NCBI GenBank assembly: GCA_028534125.1
Contig: CM052832.1
Coordinates: 22,570,001 to 22,634,000, forward strand
Length of the DNA stretch: 64,000 nt
Source of the DNA: Lama glama
Lineage: Eukaryota
Direction: 5' to 3'
The position numbers and the translations under genes were made by a program. Below, in pieces: positions 24,641-37,574 of the stretch; within the stretch, counting starts at the first letter, position 1, and the number at the start of each line of letters is the position of its first letter. The notes under the pieces were generated by a model, which ran no database searches, had not been told where the DNA came from, and saw nothing but the letters and a program-made list of their open reading frames with translations.

Positions 24641-25427
24641 TGTAAAGGGAAAACTATTTTTCTGCTATGCACAGTGCTTCTGACACCAAATGTAGGGGCT
24701 TTTTACACCGAGCGGTTCTACAGACAACTGGGGGTTCTACAATTTAATTCAGTCCTGACACTAACCACCTGGAGTTGGCACAGACCCACAGGTGAAGGAC
24801 TCAGTTCCACAAGACTGCCCCCTCCCCAGATGCCAGTCACCAGTCCAGGCTTCCTGTCCTTTTGACTGACCAGCTATGAATCAGGGGGACCATGACCCCT
24901 TCCTGGGCCCCCTCCCATAATTGGCTAGAATGGCCCACAGAACTCAGGGAAACACTTTACTTACTGTTTTTTTGTGAAGGATACAGTTCAGGAGCAGCCA
25001 GGTGGGGGAGATGCATAGGGCAGAACATGGAGGAGGGCACGGAGCTTCCCTGCCCCATCCAGGCGTGCCACCCTCCCGGCGCTGCGGGATGTTTACCAGC
25101 CCAGGAGCTCTCACCCCTCTGTCATTTAGGGGTTTTCACAGAGGCTCTGTTATGGAGACATGATTGACTAAGTCACTGGCCATTGGTCATTAAGCCCCCA
25201 GGGGTTGGGTTGTGGGGCTGGAAGTTCTGACCATCTAATCACATGGCTGGTTCCCCTGGTAACCAGCCCCCATCCTCCAAGAATCACCTCATTAGCATAA
25301 ACAGGTATGGTGAGAGGGCTTGTTGTCAGTAACAGAAGATGTTCCTCTCACCCCCATCACTCAAGAAATTCCGAAGGTTTTAGGAGCCAGGAACAAAGAC
25401 CAAAAATACATTTCTTATCATGTCACT
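24641..25427 (-). mobile_element. MER21-type LTR
   Basis: cttctgacaccaaatgt, caatttaattcagtcctgacactaaccacctggagtt, acagaactcagggaaacactttactta. Confidence 0.85.
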
Positions 25428-25679
25428 ATATGATGGTGTGGTGTAGGAAAGACGTACAAAAGGGAGGCAGGGAGCATCAAGGGAGAGCTTTGTTCTGTGG
25501 GGATTTTGTCAGACACGGCCTGTTCTGTGTCACGATGTTAAAGGACGGCCAGGGGCTGCTATAGGCCCGTGTCTCCTCCAGCCAGACCACAGATAAGCTC
25601 CAGCTTGTCGGCTCAGGATGACAGGCTACCTTGCCCAGACTTACAGGCTTGTTTCTGGGAGAGTGACCAGAAGAAGGCA

Positions 25680-26110
25680 GGGCGGGCAGGGAGGTGAAGG
25701 GCATGGTAGTGAGAGCAGCCGGCAGTGTCCTTCCGTGCGGACGCTGGGACCTGGGTTCCTTGTGACGACTCGGACGTGAAGTCCTGATCTGTCTCCCGGC
25801 GCTTCTCCGCGGCTGTCCGCGTGGTCGTCCTGTAGCCCGGGCTGCGCGCTTCATCCGCCGGGCGGCTGCCCTGCCCAGGCAGCTGTCATGTCTGACAGAT
25901 TTATCACGACTGTGGGCTCTGTTTTCCGCAGCACTGTGGGACCCTTTCCCATTAGTGGCGGCAGGAGTAATGCTCATGCGTGAAGAGAGACTGGGACTGG
26001 GCAGTTGCAGGCCCCGCTGCAGCAGCAGCACAGCGCCCGCTTAGCGAGTGGGGCCGATGCGGGGTATTCACGTGCTCCGAGAACCGCCCTCTGTACACGG
26101 AGCTCTGCTA
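25680..26110. promoter_or_regulatory. Small orphan CpG island
   Basis: Hand count of about 35 CpG in ~420 bp of GC-rich sequence, in an otherwise CpG-depleted window. Confidence 0.7.
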
Positions 26111-26349
26111 CAGAAGTAACTGCTGCTCACTGGTGGTGGAGATCTCAGCGATGCCAGGGCCTCAGTGGTGAGATTAACGCTCTATGCTCCTGGCTGGGCC
26201 ATTTCTCTACCCCCCCCCCAAAGCCCCCCAAAAAGTCGTGGCCCTAGAGCTTGATGAGATATTTTTCAGGTGAATCTGGATCTGTGCTGATTTTCTATGC
26301 TGTTTGGGTGAACTGTTTCTCTGTACATGTTTTTCTCTCCATGGACTAT

Positions 26350-26505
26350 AATTAGTTGAATGGCTTGGAGTCCAGGCCCAGGATCTGCTACCTAAATACA
26401 CATACAACAGTGGACAGACTATTTCTTCTTTTGAGCCTTGGTGTTTCATCTTTAAAATAAGGAAGCTGCTTGAGATGGTTTTTAAGCATTTTGCTCATCT
26501 ATTAT
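26350..26505 (+). mobile_element. MIR3-like SINE
   Basis: gagccttggtgtttcatctttaaaataaggaagctgcttgagatggtttttaag. Confidence 0.55.
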
Positions 26506-27279
26506 TACAGATATCATGTTATATTGAAAATATATTTGATTTTTGTTGCATTTTTCTTTCCTTGTAGGTTGTGGTCACATCTCTCATTTTTTCTCAAGAA
26601 CCTAGCCTAATTATTGGTTCTTATAACGTGGGTTCAGTAGATGCTTTGTTTATTGAAAATAACATTTTATAATTCTATAGCTATAAATTATTTGTGTTCT
26701 CATTGGACAGCATTACAATTCCTTGGATGACATATTTATTGTTCCTCTTACTGTATCAGCAAAATACAGAAAGAAATTAATGGAATTGAATTTATTGCAA
26801 TAGTATCATAATACATAATAGATACAGCTACAAAGTGTGAAGAGTGTGGAGAATCTGTAGAGCGACAGAGTGACTTGTTGATTGCAACCAAAGCTGCAGT
26901 TAGAGAATTGAAGAAGATATGGTTAAGTGTGGTGACCAAGCGATGAGGGTCTTGAGACCCAGATATAAATGAAACTTATTGTAGTATCAACAAGGTAGTC
27001 ACAAGTCCTTTCTGAAAAACAGAATGCCATAGTGAAAGCTGGCTCAGAGAAAAGATACTTTCCCCTTATTTAGAAAAGATGGAATCTGATACCTTTTTTT
27101 AAAACAGGAAGCTCAGCTTCTGTCTACTATGAAATAGCTACATTCAAATGGATGTTTCAACTTTTGTTAATGAGTATTATGTTCAGAAACAATTATGTTC
27201 ATTATATACCACTTCATACTCAAATTGAGTCATCTTTTACTTTCTCCTGAGTTCTCTGTATTTTTGAGGGTTTGGTTTT

Positions 27280-27676
27280 TGTAATGGTTAATTTTTTTCT
27301 GTCAACTCGACTAGGCTGTGTGATATGCAAACATCAGTCAAGATGTCACTGTGAAGGTAGTTTTTAGATGTGATTAACGTTTAAATCAGTAGACTTTGAG
27401 TAAAGCAGATCACCCTCCATATGTGGGTGGGCCTCATACAATCAGTTGAAGGCCTTGAAAGACAGAGGTCATCTGACTAAGAAGGAATTCATCTTGAGAC
27501 TGACTTTGGACTCTAGCTGCAACCCACCTTCTGTGGGTCTCCCACTTGCCAACCTGCTCTGCAAATCTTGAACTTGTCAGCAACCCTAATCATGTGAACC
27601 AATTCCTTAAAATAAATCTCTCTCTCTCTCATATGATTGATTGATTCTGTGTCTCTGGAGAAATCTGACTAATTTA
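27280..27676 (+). mobile_element. MLT2 (ERVL) solo LTR
   Basis: tgtaatggttaattt...gtcaactcgactagg...gtgggcctcatacaatcagttgaaggcc...ctggagaaatctgactaattta; flanks GTTTT/GTTGT. Confidence 0.9.
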
Positions 27677-28779
27677 GTTGTTTTTTTGTGGTTGAGCTGC
27701 TTTGATGCAATACTTTAAAAATCCAGTTGATAAACTGAGAAGTCACTTAGTCATATTTTTTGCCTTGGTCCCAATCCCTTTGCCATCCCTGCCCTCAACC
27801 TTCAACTGCTCGATGAAAGACAGTATATATTCCTTCTACACTTTTCCTCTTTTTCACTCCTGGAGTCTAAAAGAAAGAAATTTATATATATATATTTTCT
27901 GGTCCCTGATATGGGTTGGAAATACCACTGTCATAAAGGATGCTCACCCTACTTCAGCAGGACCTAAAAAGATTCCAGCCGATTTAGTGCATATAAGGCA
28001 CCAAACTATAGTTGTTACTCAGTGAATTTTTATTTTCTTCCTCTCTTCTCTCTCTTCTTTTTGTTGTTTTTGAAAAACTACATTGCTCTGTTTCTTCTTC
28101 CTCCTGCTACCATCTCCCTCTCACCTCCTTGTAGGACTCACTTCTTCCAGAGCTGGAAATGTAAAGTGGATACTGTTTACAAACGTTTCATTTGTTTTCT
28201 TTATTTCATAGAAAGCTAAATATCACTGAAATAAGAGTAAAGACACATTGCTAGAAACCGCTTCAGAGTATTCGTCTATCTTTTGAAAGTAGTGGAATCA
28301 GAAGTTAGCATGTAAAAGTAAGAGCTGTTACTGTTTACGCCAGCATTTGTAAACACTGGGCAGTTAGTTCTTCTCTACTTAGGAGAACTATTTTGACTAT
28401 GGTCTTCTTGCTCTGGTTTTGACCATTTAAACTCACTGAATTTTGTGTGGAGCCACATGCCTGATTGCAGATCAAAAGGTACTGCTGGAGAGTAGGATAT
28501 ACTTAGCGTTTTCACTTGTTATCTAATTGGGTTCTATTTTTCCCTATATTTTTGCAATTTTGAAGTTAATATATATTCACTGCAAAAAAAAAAACACCTT
28601 GAAAAATTAAACGGTATCAGCCATAATTTAATAGCATGTAAATAACAATTGTTAATAGTCATAGTATGTTTTCTATTTTTTTGTGTGTATGTGTATGCAT
28701 GCATGTGCATATGTGAGGAGAGACGGAGGTCTTAACTGCTCTACAGACAAAAGCAAGCTCCCATATTTAATACTGGGTG

Positions 28780-29365
28780 CAGTCAAATTTCATCCTACCC
28801 TGTCCTTGTCCATTACAGTTGGCTTGGTTATTCTCAGTATCTGTTCTCTCCTTTCTGAGGCTTGAACAGAACGGCAGCATTTCTGCAGTTTAGTTTATTT
28901 AGAGACTGCCCCCCAGTGCCCCTTGCCCTGTTCCATGTGGGGACCTGCTGTGGCTTCCAGAGCCATGGAACTTGATAATCTGCTCTTTGGAGCACTCCTG
29001 TGTTCCCCCATTTGGAGGCCCTGGCCTTCCTGCTTGCTCTTCAAACATACTTAAACTTGCCATCTAGACTCTCTCCCTGAAAATATTTGCACCCTTCTCA
29101 TTCCCCTCTCACAACCTCGAGGAATCCGTCTCCTCTTCTAACTGTTGCTTGTCCATCCCCAGATCAGGCCATCTTCTCTAAACCTCACAAATACTCAGCT
29201 TTTCTTTCCCATTCATTTGTGTCACAGTATTTAAAGGTTCATCTGAACAACTTTCGTCTTTAAGATGGCCAGATCCTGTCTTTAGACCCAGCTAGACTAC
29301 TAAACATTCCCAGAGTTTAGAAGGCTCCAATCTTAACATCTAATCACTGGAAACCCATCCTCTAA
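28780..29365 (+). mobile_element. L2 internal fragment
   Basis: C/T-rich degenerate L2 ORF2/3' phrases such as ctccaatcttaacatctaatcactggaaacccatc. Confidence 0.45.
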
Positions 29366-29886
29366 GGATGTACAGGTATCTTCTAAGAGCAGCAGAGGAT
29401 AATACATTTGAGTTTTCATATGTTATTGCATTAAATGCCAACACCTCAATTTGTTTACCTATAAGCAAAAACATAATTGGGATGATATTATAAATACAAG
29501 GTTTGTTAACTCTTTTTTAAAAAACTAACATCATGACTATTTTCCCATGCAACTTTTTTCTGCCACTTGCATTGATTAAAATAAATGAGCATGTATTCAG
29601 GCTGTTAGCTGGCATATGTCCAACCAGCCTCCACTCTTCACTTAGATTATCTCAAATGCTTCATAGGGAAGTAAGATAAATCCCTTTTTAGAGCACGCCA
29701 ACCCTATTGGACAATTGGGGAAAGATTATGTTTTCCGTTTCTGAGCTCCATACAAAGCGTTCAGAACATCTGCCTTGAGCTTTGTTTAACTAACTGTATC
29801 ATGTCTGAGTAGCCTGATTATTTACAAACAGAAGAAGTTGTACCGAAGTAGTCTCCATTTGCTTTCCATTTTCATTCTTCTCATTC

Positions 29887-30355
29887 TGTGGTGGTTAAAG
29901 GTGACTGTACATTCTTGAACATTCCCCTCTGAGACTGAAACCTATCTTCACTACCCTTGAATGTGTGCTGTGAAGATTTAGCAGATGGAATATGGCCTAA
30001 GTCATGCTTGGGCAATTGTGAGTCTAGCTTTTACGAAGACTGACAGCTTTTATTTCTTCTCTCTTGGAATTCCTGCTCTTGGATACTCCCTCTCAGAACC
30101 CAGGTCTCATGATCTGAGATGCTCAAGCCACTGGGAGTGGTGTTGTGCAGGCATTCCTGCTGGTTGCCCATCTGAGCCATGGCAGTCATCTTGGTGGTTC
30201 CAAATCAAGTGAGCCCTCGGATAACTACCAGCCCAGCCAGTATGAGAACTGCCTCATTAACATACAGAATCTCAGGTGATAATAAAATAAAACATTCATT
30301 GTTTCAAGTCAGTAGCTTTTGAAGTGGTTTGTTTTGAAGCAATACAGTAAAAGAA
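29887..30355 (+). mobile_element. MaLR LTR (MLT1H-like)
   Basis: tgtggtggttaaagg...ctccctctcagaaccca...ttttgaagtggtttgttttgaagcaata. Confidence 0.8.
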
Positions 30356-30359
30356 GTAC

Positions 30360-30450
30360 TTTTTTTTTTTTTCAAATGGAGGTACTGGTCATTGAACCCA
30401 GGACCTTGTGCAAGCTAAGCACGTGCTCTGCCACTGAGCTGTACCCCTCC
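30360..30450 (-). mobile_element. tRNA-Ala-derived SINE (camelid Vic-1-type)
   Basis: Reverse complement GGGGTACAGCTCAGTGGCAGAGCACGTGCTTAGCTTGCACAAGGTCCTGGGTTCAATGACCAGTACCTCCA plus A-tail. Confidence 0.9.
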
Positions 30451-30579
30451 GTGCAAGAAGGTCTCTGTTCTTTTGGTCTCTATTATAGGATCATGAATGA
30501 AGTTAAATTTTAGCATCACACCACATCTATTATTGGTTTCCATGTAGTGGAGCCATCTCAAAAAAAAAAAAAAAAGGCT

Positions 30580-30900
30580 AGTTCAGTTTCATAAATGCTT
30601 ATTGAGAGCCTACTCTGGGCCAGGCAGATTGTTACGTTTTGGAGCTAAGACAAAGTCTGAGTCAGCAGGAGGCAGAGAATTCAGCAGAGAAAACACATAT
30701 AAATGAATAGTTACTACATAATTAATAATGAATAATTGCAGAGATAATTTTTTGTTTTACAAATACTTGAGCATCTTTTACATGCCAGAAACATGTGGAT
30801 CAGATTAAAATGGAATTCTTGCTCTGGAGGAATTTGCCAACTAGTAGGCGAGACAGATTAAAAACAGATGTTTTCCATACAATATGGCAAGTGCTAGGAC
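30580..30900 (-). mobile_element. Two L2 3'-end fragments
   Basis: aaatgcttattgagagcctactctgggccaggc; aaatacttgagcatcttttacatgccag...cttgctctggaggaattt. Confidence 0.6.
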
Positions 30901-31011
30901 TGAAACATGAAGTAGTTGGTAACCCAATGTCATGATGTGTATATTTCCTCGCATTGACAATGGCATATAAAGGATGCTAAATGCATTTCGTATTCCATCC
31001 TCCTCTTTCCT

Positions 31012-31642
31012 TGTGACAGATTTTATTTCCAAAAATAGCTTCAACAATATCTTCTATCCCACATGTCCTTCAACAATGTGGCCTCGAAACTCTCCCATCA
31101 AGGGGAAGAGGCTCATGCATTCCCTTTGAAGCTTGGCTGGCCTTCAGTACCCACTGGTAACCAACAGAACTTGGCAGAAGTGAAGCTGTGTGACTTTTGA
31201 TGCTGGGCCAGAAAAGGCCAAGCTGTGTCAGCCTTGGTCTCCTGGAATACTCACTTACCAGATTTTCCATCTAAGGGGGCTTTTTCTGGAATCCACCTAC
31301 CATGCTGTGATCAGCCCAAGCTACATGGAAAGACTCCATGGAGGCATGCTGGTGGAGAGACCTAGCCAAGCCCAGCCTTTGGGTCGTTCTGACTCCAGCA
31401 CCAGACATGTGAGTGAAGGATCCTCCAGATGATTCCAACCCCCAACCAGCTGAGTTTCCCCCAACCCACTGGAGTCTTCCAAGCTGAGTTCCCAGACGGC
31501 CTGGAGCAGAGACCAGTCATCCTCACTGTGCTCTGTTTGAAATCCTGACCCACAGAATCCATGACAATAATAAAATGGTTGCTATTTTTATATCACTAAC
31601 TTCGCAGAGTGGTTTGAGGTGTAGCAATAAATAATTAGAACA
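31012..31642 (+). mobile_element. MaLR LTR (MLT1G/H-like)
   Basis: tgtgacagattttatttccaaaaatagc...aaatcctgacccacagaatccatg...gtagcaataaataattagaaca. Confidence 0.85.
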
Positions 31643-32969
31643 GAGTTCCAAGAAAGAACCACTTTACAATAAGTTATATTATTTTTTGAATAGTGTCTTT
31701 AGTGAGGTTCAGTGTTCCTGGTCTTTCAGTTAACTCAGAAACGGAGAAAACATTAAGTCACTAATTCATTTCTGAATGCAGATCACAGGGTTTTGGGAGC
31801 CCATCCTTGACTGAAATACTTCTCCATGTCTGTAAAATTATGAGTCTGCTTGCTTGAGGAACATTTCATTTCTTCTGATGAGAACCACTTCTCTTCATCT
31901 TCAGATTTAGTGCAAATGAAAACGTTGAAAAACTGATGTATTTGATATTCAGGTCTTAATTCTGTAAGGCAGGGCATCTTAGTAACTGATTAATGGCAGA
32001 GTATGCTTTGCCATATTTGAAGACACTGACTGCCTCAAATGTAATGTGTTTTGTGGCTTGTAATCATTAATTATCATTTGTAGGAAGAATTTGTTTATAT
32101 GAAGAGGACTTAAAGAAAGATGTAATGTTAAACTGTACAGTTCTCTCCCACTTTAGTCATTAGTCCTACCACTTATTAACAATTAAACCCTGTACGGTTC
32201 TCAGATTGGCAACTTGCAAATTGTCTAAGGAAGATACTCATTTTAATTATGTGAACTGAAAGAGGCACTTTTTTATGCTATTTTTCTATCTTAGTGTAAT
32301 TGAGAAATCATTAAAAGTTGGAATACAGTTCTATTAAATGTAGAGAAGGGGGGGAAAAGAGACTGTGCGAATATCCAAAACATTTCCTTTCTTACACTGT
32401 AGTCTTGACAGGTGAAATAATGAAATCTGAGTCTCTGGTGGTAAAATATGTGACACAGAAGGAAAACAAGGAGGTACTAGAAATGGTTAATTAATGGGTG
32501 CCAATTAGTCAGAATTGAGTAAATGTCCTGTGGAGGTGAGAGGACTCATGGTTAACGAAGGGAAGAGTGGAGCTGGAGGGGACAAAATGTGTGTAAGCCT
32601 ACTGTTGCTCCCTCTTGATAGCCAGGTGCTGGGTCAGGATAAAAAAAAAAAAAGAAAGAAAATCTGGAATCACTGCACATTTGGAATCCAAACATTCTGA
32701 CAATGAATGCCTGCTGTTTGCAGACAAAGCACACTTCTCGATTTCTAACGTTTCCAGTCTTTGCAAACTGGCTAGAAGAGAAAGACTTCAAGGCCAGGAG
32801 GAAATCGTGAGATGAGACAGATCCCAGATTTGGAAAAATCCTCCCAGGTCTCGGATTTCATGGCATCACCCTGTGCCTACCTGTCCGAGTCCTCAGATTC
32901 CTCTGTCGTTTTTCTCCCTACTTCTGCTTGGCAAGTAATGTATTTTTGTAAGAACTCCTCAGACTTTAC

Positions 32970-33109
32970 CTGAGTTGCCTAATCACAGTTTTGTTGAAAA
33001 GACCAAGATGTCAGGTGAGCTCCATGAGCTGTGTCCATCCCTTCTTCGGGCAGTTCATGGTTGCACTGTCTCGGGTCTTCCTGAGTGAAGGAATCATGGA
33101 CGGTGTTAC
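32970..33109 (-). other. Candidate 140-nt non-coding exon on the minus strand
   Basis: Acceptor cttttcttgcctcAG| and donor CAG|GTAAAG; stops in all three frames. Confidence 0.25.
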
Positions 33110-34614
33110 CTGAGGCAAGAAAAGTTCAGCCAATTTGGGATTTAGTCCATCCCATGCTGAAAGTGAGCTGGAATATATTTATACTTTTCTATGCATCATT
33201 TTGGGATATACTCACATATTAAAAATAATTTAAATAATCAAATATTCTCAGGAATGTTTCTAACAAATAAAAGGAGATTTTCATTTAATGTTAATTTGAA
33301 TTTTTGGGGGGGGAGATAATACACGTCAGTATTGGTATGTGAGAGTGCACATTTGCAGTATTTTTGTTCCATTAATTTTTTTTGAGCTTGCTTGTCAGTT
33401 CAGTCACCAAGCTTCACTAAGCTTCGCTAATTTTGTGAAATTTGGAATAGTGTTTTGCCACTTTAGAGATAATCCCTGAAAGCTCCCGTCTTGCAGATGG
33501 CAATAAATCATCCTCTCCACTAAAAGCCTCCATGTCATTTGAAATTTATTACACAGAGTGGGTAGTGGACTTAAAAGCCATTTCACGTGTCTTATTACTT
33601 CAATCATCTAATTTATGGGTTTCAGCTGCAATTGTTGTTGGAAAAAGTATTTTCCGTCCTCTGATCAATATGAGTCAGGTTTTGCATTCCTCCCCACTAA
33701 CCCTCCCGGCCTGATCCACCTACAACACCTCTTGGATTTTCTAGCTTCTTCAGTCATTCTCCACTTTCCATCATTCAAGGCAATGCAGGTCTGAAATGGA
33801 AAGAAAGTGCCAGCAAGGCTGATGTAGATTGACTAAGCCTTACCAGCTCTTAGCTGCACTTGTCAAAAGGTATCTTAGTTATTATTAGTTGAGCAATCTT
33901 GCCCTAGGGAAGGAGAAGCTGTCAGAAACTCCGATGTTTAATATGTACATCTCTGGCTTCATGGAGAGAATATGAAGGAATCCTATTAAACACAGGTGAG
34001 GTAAGCCTCAGTAACACACACTTAACGCAAAGAACGAGAAGGAACGGGGTGCTCTTTACTGCCATGTTGGAAGTGTTTTTTTCCCCTCCCACAGTAAACA
34101 GTCACCCTTGCCATTCAGCCATTCTCATCCCAGAATGAAAGATAGTATCAATGGGTTAATAAAATGAAGAGGCATGCAGGAATGTTACTGTCGCCTCCAG
34201 GAGTCCGGAGTCTCATGTGACAGACATGACCATGTGGGTGTAACAGTGATTGAACCACCGCAGCGTTCAGGCCTAGATGCAGTCTTTGTCACCAGGATGG
34301 ATATGATGAATAGGTCTTGCAAAGTTAGCAGAACACAGTCTCTTGCTATGAACTGTACAATGTAAACTGTGCTCACTAACCATCACTTCTGACCAGAATA
34401 CGTTTTGTTGCTGCTGTTGCTGTTCTGGACGCCCCGTCTGTGGCGTGTGAACTCAGCTTTTCTATATTTAGACCGAACTTCTCATATTTCTTCCTTCTAG
34501 GCTCTTAGGTCATAAATGTTCCTGTATGCTAAAATTATTTAACATTTTTTCTTGCTAAACATTTCAAGCAGAACACATCCAGGGGGCTACTAATAGAAAA
34601 AAATTAGTGGTATC

Positions 34615-34780
34615 AAAATACTTTTTTTCTGATTGCAAGTAACAGGAAATTTAAGGAGTGCATAAAAAATAGGGAAGAAAATAACGATTGTCTGTAGTTA
34701 CACCACTCAGAGGTAACTGCTCTTGACAGTTTGTTTCATTTGTTTCCTACCTTTCTTCAATGTACATATTTGAGATATAC
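34615..34780 (-). mobile_element. L1ME4-like 3' terminus
   Basis: ttttttctgattgcaagtaac...caccactcagaggtaactgctcttgacagtttg. Confidence 0.6.
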
Positions 34781-35125
34781 GAATATATTTATGCATTTAT
34801 ATACCTTCCTATTTATAGATGAAAGGGTGGGAAGAGGGCCTGTCTTGGCTTTTTTCTCAAACAGTAAATCCTAGGTTGCTGTGTGCTTCACCAATTCACA
34901 AACACTGGCTTATTTATCATATCTTTACTGTATTTTGCTTAATTCATTATCTTATTAGGCACTCAGAAAGTGTTAGGAATATGCCAAATAATCTTCTAAA
35001 TCTTCTACTAGGTTAGGAGCTCATTTATCTAATTCTTTTAGGAAGATAGAAGTTAAAATGCCTACAATTATATAATCTCTTGCATAAAGAAGGAAAACAC
35101 TCTCAACATATATGAATAGACAGTC

Positions 35126-35233
35126 CTTTTGGAGGGGGGAGGCAGTGATTATGTTTATTTATTTATATATTTTTGGAGGAGGTACTGGGAATTGAACCCA
35201 GGACCTTGTGCATACTAAGCATGCACTCTACCA
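35126..35233 (-). mobile_element. Vic-1-type SINE, 5'-clipped, long-tail form
   Basis: ggaggtactgggaattgaacccaggaccttgtgcatactaagcatgcactctacca, preceded by gggggaggcagtgattatgtttatttattt. Confidence 0.9.
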
Positions 35234-36464
35234 TGCTGGACCTTAAAGATGACCAAGTTTAGCTTTCACAGATTACAGATAAAATGACTCCATGAAAAGC
35301 CTATTTCCAACTCTTGTAGCTCTAGTAATTCCCTGATAGTTTCTGACTTAAATCTGAAACACAAATTACAGTAAAAGAACAGTTGTGACTTTCTCTATTT
35401 TATGAAGTTAAAAGAAATCTACAAAGCTGCATTGATCAAGAGGTTTATCTGATCTCTAAAAGGTTTTCTTAAGGCCTTTTCTTTCTTTCTTATTTATTTA
35501 TTTATTTTACATTTCTTTAATGAATTGATTTGTTTATCTTTTTATTTCTTTTATTTCTGTGGCCATTTACCCTTCTTTCCTCTTGGTTGGCTTGACTCCA
35601 GTGTCACTTGTCACTGAGTTAGGAACAAAATAGAAAGGGACAGAGATGCAGAAAAGGGTTAATCCTATAGTCTGCTCATCAAAAAAAAGACCCATTGGAG
35701 TAGTACAAACTAGGAATTATTATCCTGCCTTTTATCCATTGGTAGTATGCCAGTATGTTTACACAGTGCTGTATGAAGAATTCCTTAAGGAGAAAAATTT
35801 AATAAAATATTCCTTAAGGTGAACCCCATTTTGGAGAGCTACCACCACTTTTATTTAGAATAAGATAATAGAAGTTTAATTAAAAATTCCTTAGAAAACA
35901 TCAGCTTTTGAATGCTATTACTTCATCAGCAGTCAGGTTTTTATTTTGAAAACTATGTATATTGTGACCTAATTATAATCTTAAGTATTCCGAACATCAT
36001 TACTAAACTATAATTTTAATATGCTGTGATTTATATTTAAATATTCAAAATATTATCACATATTTAAACAAAGTGGAAGAAAATTAAATTATTATCCAAC
36101 CCCTTTGAAGAATTTCATGAATATAAGACTAAAAGAGCTGTTACTCCATTCTCCCCTTTGTTTCTCAAAAAGGTCTACCTGTGTTACATAACTTAGTCAC
36201 ATTTCCCTCTAGAATGCTTCGGTTGCGTCACGTTGTTTGTGAAATACCCTTAATGATGTTAATATTAATGATAACTTTAAAACTCTACTATCTGGGAATT
36301 TTGAAAATTTACCTTAAAATTTTGTTCCAAATGATATGTGGTAAAAAGCTTGCTAAGTAAATTAATCTTCTAAACAGGCTTTTAAATGACATGTATTCCC
36401 CAAATAATAGGCTGTCTCCTTTGAACTTCGATGCACTTTGAACTTTGGCTACATCGTGTGTAGC

Positions 36465-36625
36465 ATGGCATATGGTTTACATATTTATTTGCTTTTCTTC
36501 TCTACTGGACTGAGCTACTTTGGAGGACCTGGACAGCCTCTTATTCAACTTGTGTTCTTATGACCTAGCATAGTGCCTAATACAAAGTATGCAATCAACA
36601 TGCATTGATTTACTTGAATTAAATG
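36465..36625 (+). mobile_element. L2 3' terminus
   Basis: ctactggactgagctactttggagg...gacctagcatagtgcctaatacaaagtatgcaatcaa. Confidence 0.7.
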
Positions 36626-36834
36626 CTTATTTTCAAGCACTTGGAGATAGGCATTGACATATCTTATATCTATAGACATTTATGTATTATATCTATAGAT
36701 ATTTACACATCTTTATCTAACGATCCATCCATCCATCTATCTATATCTGACTGTCGTTGAGCAGAGACCAATCTCCATAAACTGGTGCTTTGACATGTTG
36801 ATAGAAAATAATTTTTACCTATTCATTCCAAAAG

Positions 36835-37045
36835 AAAGAATTTGGTATCAGACAAGATCTGGCATCCACTTCGGCATTTATTAGCTGTGTGTCTGGACAA
36901 ATTAGCAAGCCACTCTGAATCTTAGTTTTCTCATGTGTCGTTATTAATTGTGCCTTGTGACGGATGTATAAGGATTGAATGAATTAATGTGAGATGTTTA
37001 GCACAGTATCTGCTACATAATAAGTTCTCAGTAAATACTAGCTGG
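36835..37045 (+). mobile_element. MIR SINE
   Basis: catttattagctgtgtgtctggacaaatt...aggattgaatgaattaatgtg...tttagcacagtatctg...ttctcagtaaatactagc. Confidence 0.8.
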
Positions 37046-37574
37046 ACAGTCTGCTTGCATTTCCAAGTTAATTCATTAATACTTTCTTTTTTGTTTTAAC
37101 AATTTGTTGGGCCCAAAATGCTTAGTAATTAGAACATTCAGGTATCATGTTGTTAAGAGCATTCTTCACATAGAAATTCTCTAGTTTATGTATAAACTTC
37201 TCATATATGTGTTTCTATATGGGGCTGTATTATATTTGTTATTGTGTTTGATGGTTTCCTCACATAAATCTGTAGTTGCTGTATTCTTTTTTAGACGCTG
37301 CATAAAATTGCATAGAATGGATAGATAACATTCTTTTTCACCATTGCCCTTTGGTAGATTTTTTTGGTTAGTTTTCTTCTCCAAGCTTATAAAAACTCTT
37401 ATATTTTCTTCTAGTTTTTTTTAATATTTTTAATTTTTAGAAGTACACTGTTAAACTCTCAAAGAGTCATTTTATGCACGCTGGAACGTCTGGCTGGGAG
37501 AAGGCCTGTGTATCAACCACTTTGTGTACTCTTGCTCTGATTTCATAAGTAGTATATATGTTTAGCTTTGCTTA

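Noticed and set aside
25477..26031. Longest ORF (184 aa, minus strand)
   Set aside because: Low-complexity R/S/A/P-rich reading explained by high GC and stop-codon scarcity; no recognisable domain and no ATG start.
30377..30450. Possible functional tRNA-Ala genes (also 35178-35233 and 37589-37659)
   Set aside because: Substitutions in stems and boxes, CpG decay, A-rich tails and multiple copies indicate SINEs.
33908..34000. 93-nt plus-strand open segment ending in GAG|GTAAGC
   Set aside because: Weak acceptor (caatcttgccctag) and unrecognised peptide (GRRSCQKLRCLICTSLASWREYEGILLNTGE); consistent with a chance pseudo-exon.
35780..35819. Two copies of ATTCCTTAAGG, containing the palindrome CCTTAAGG, 29 bp apart
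   Set aside because: Short; explicable by local duplication, with no supporting context.
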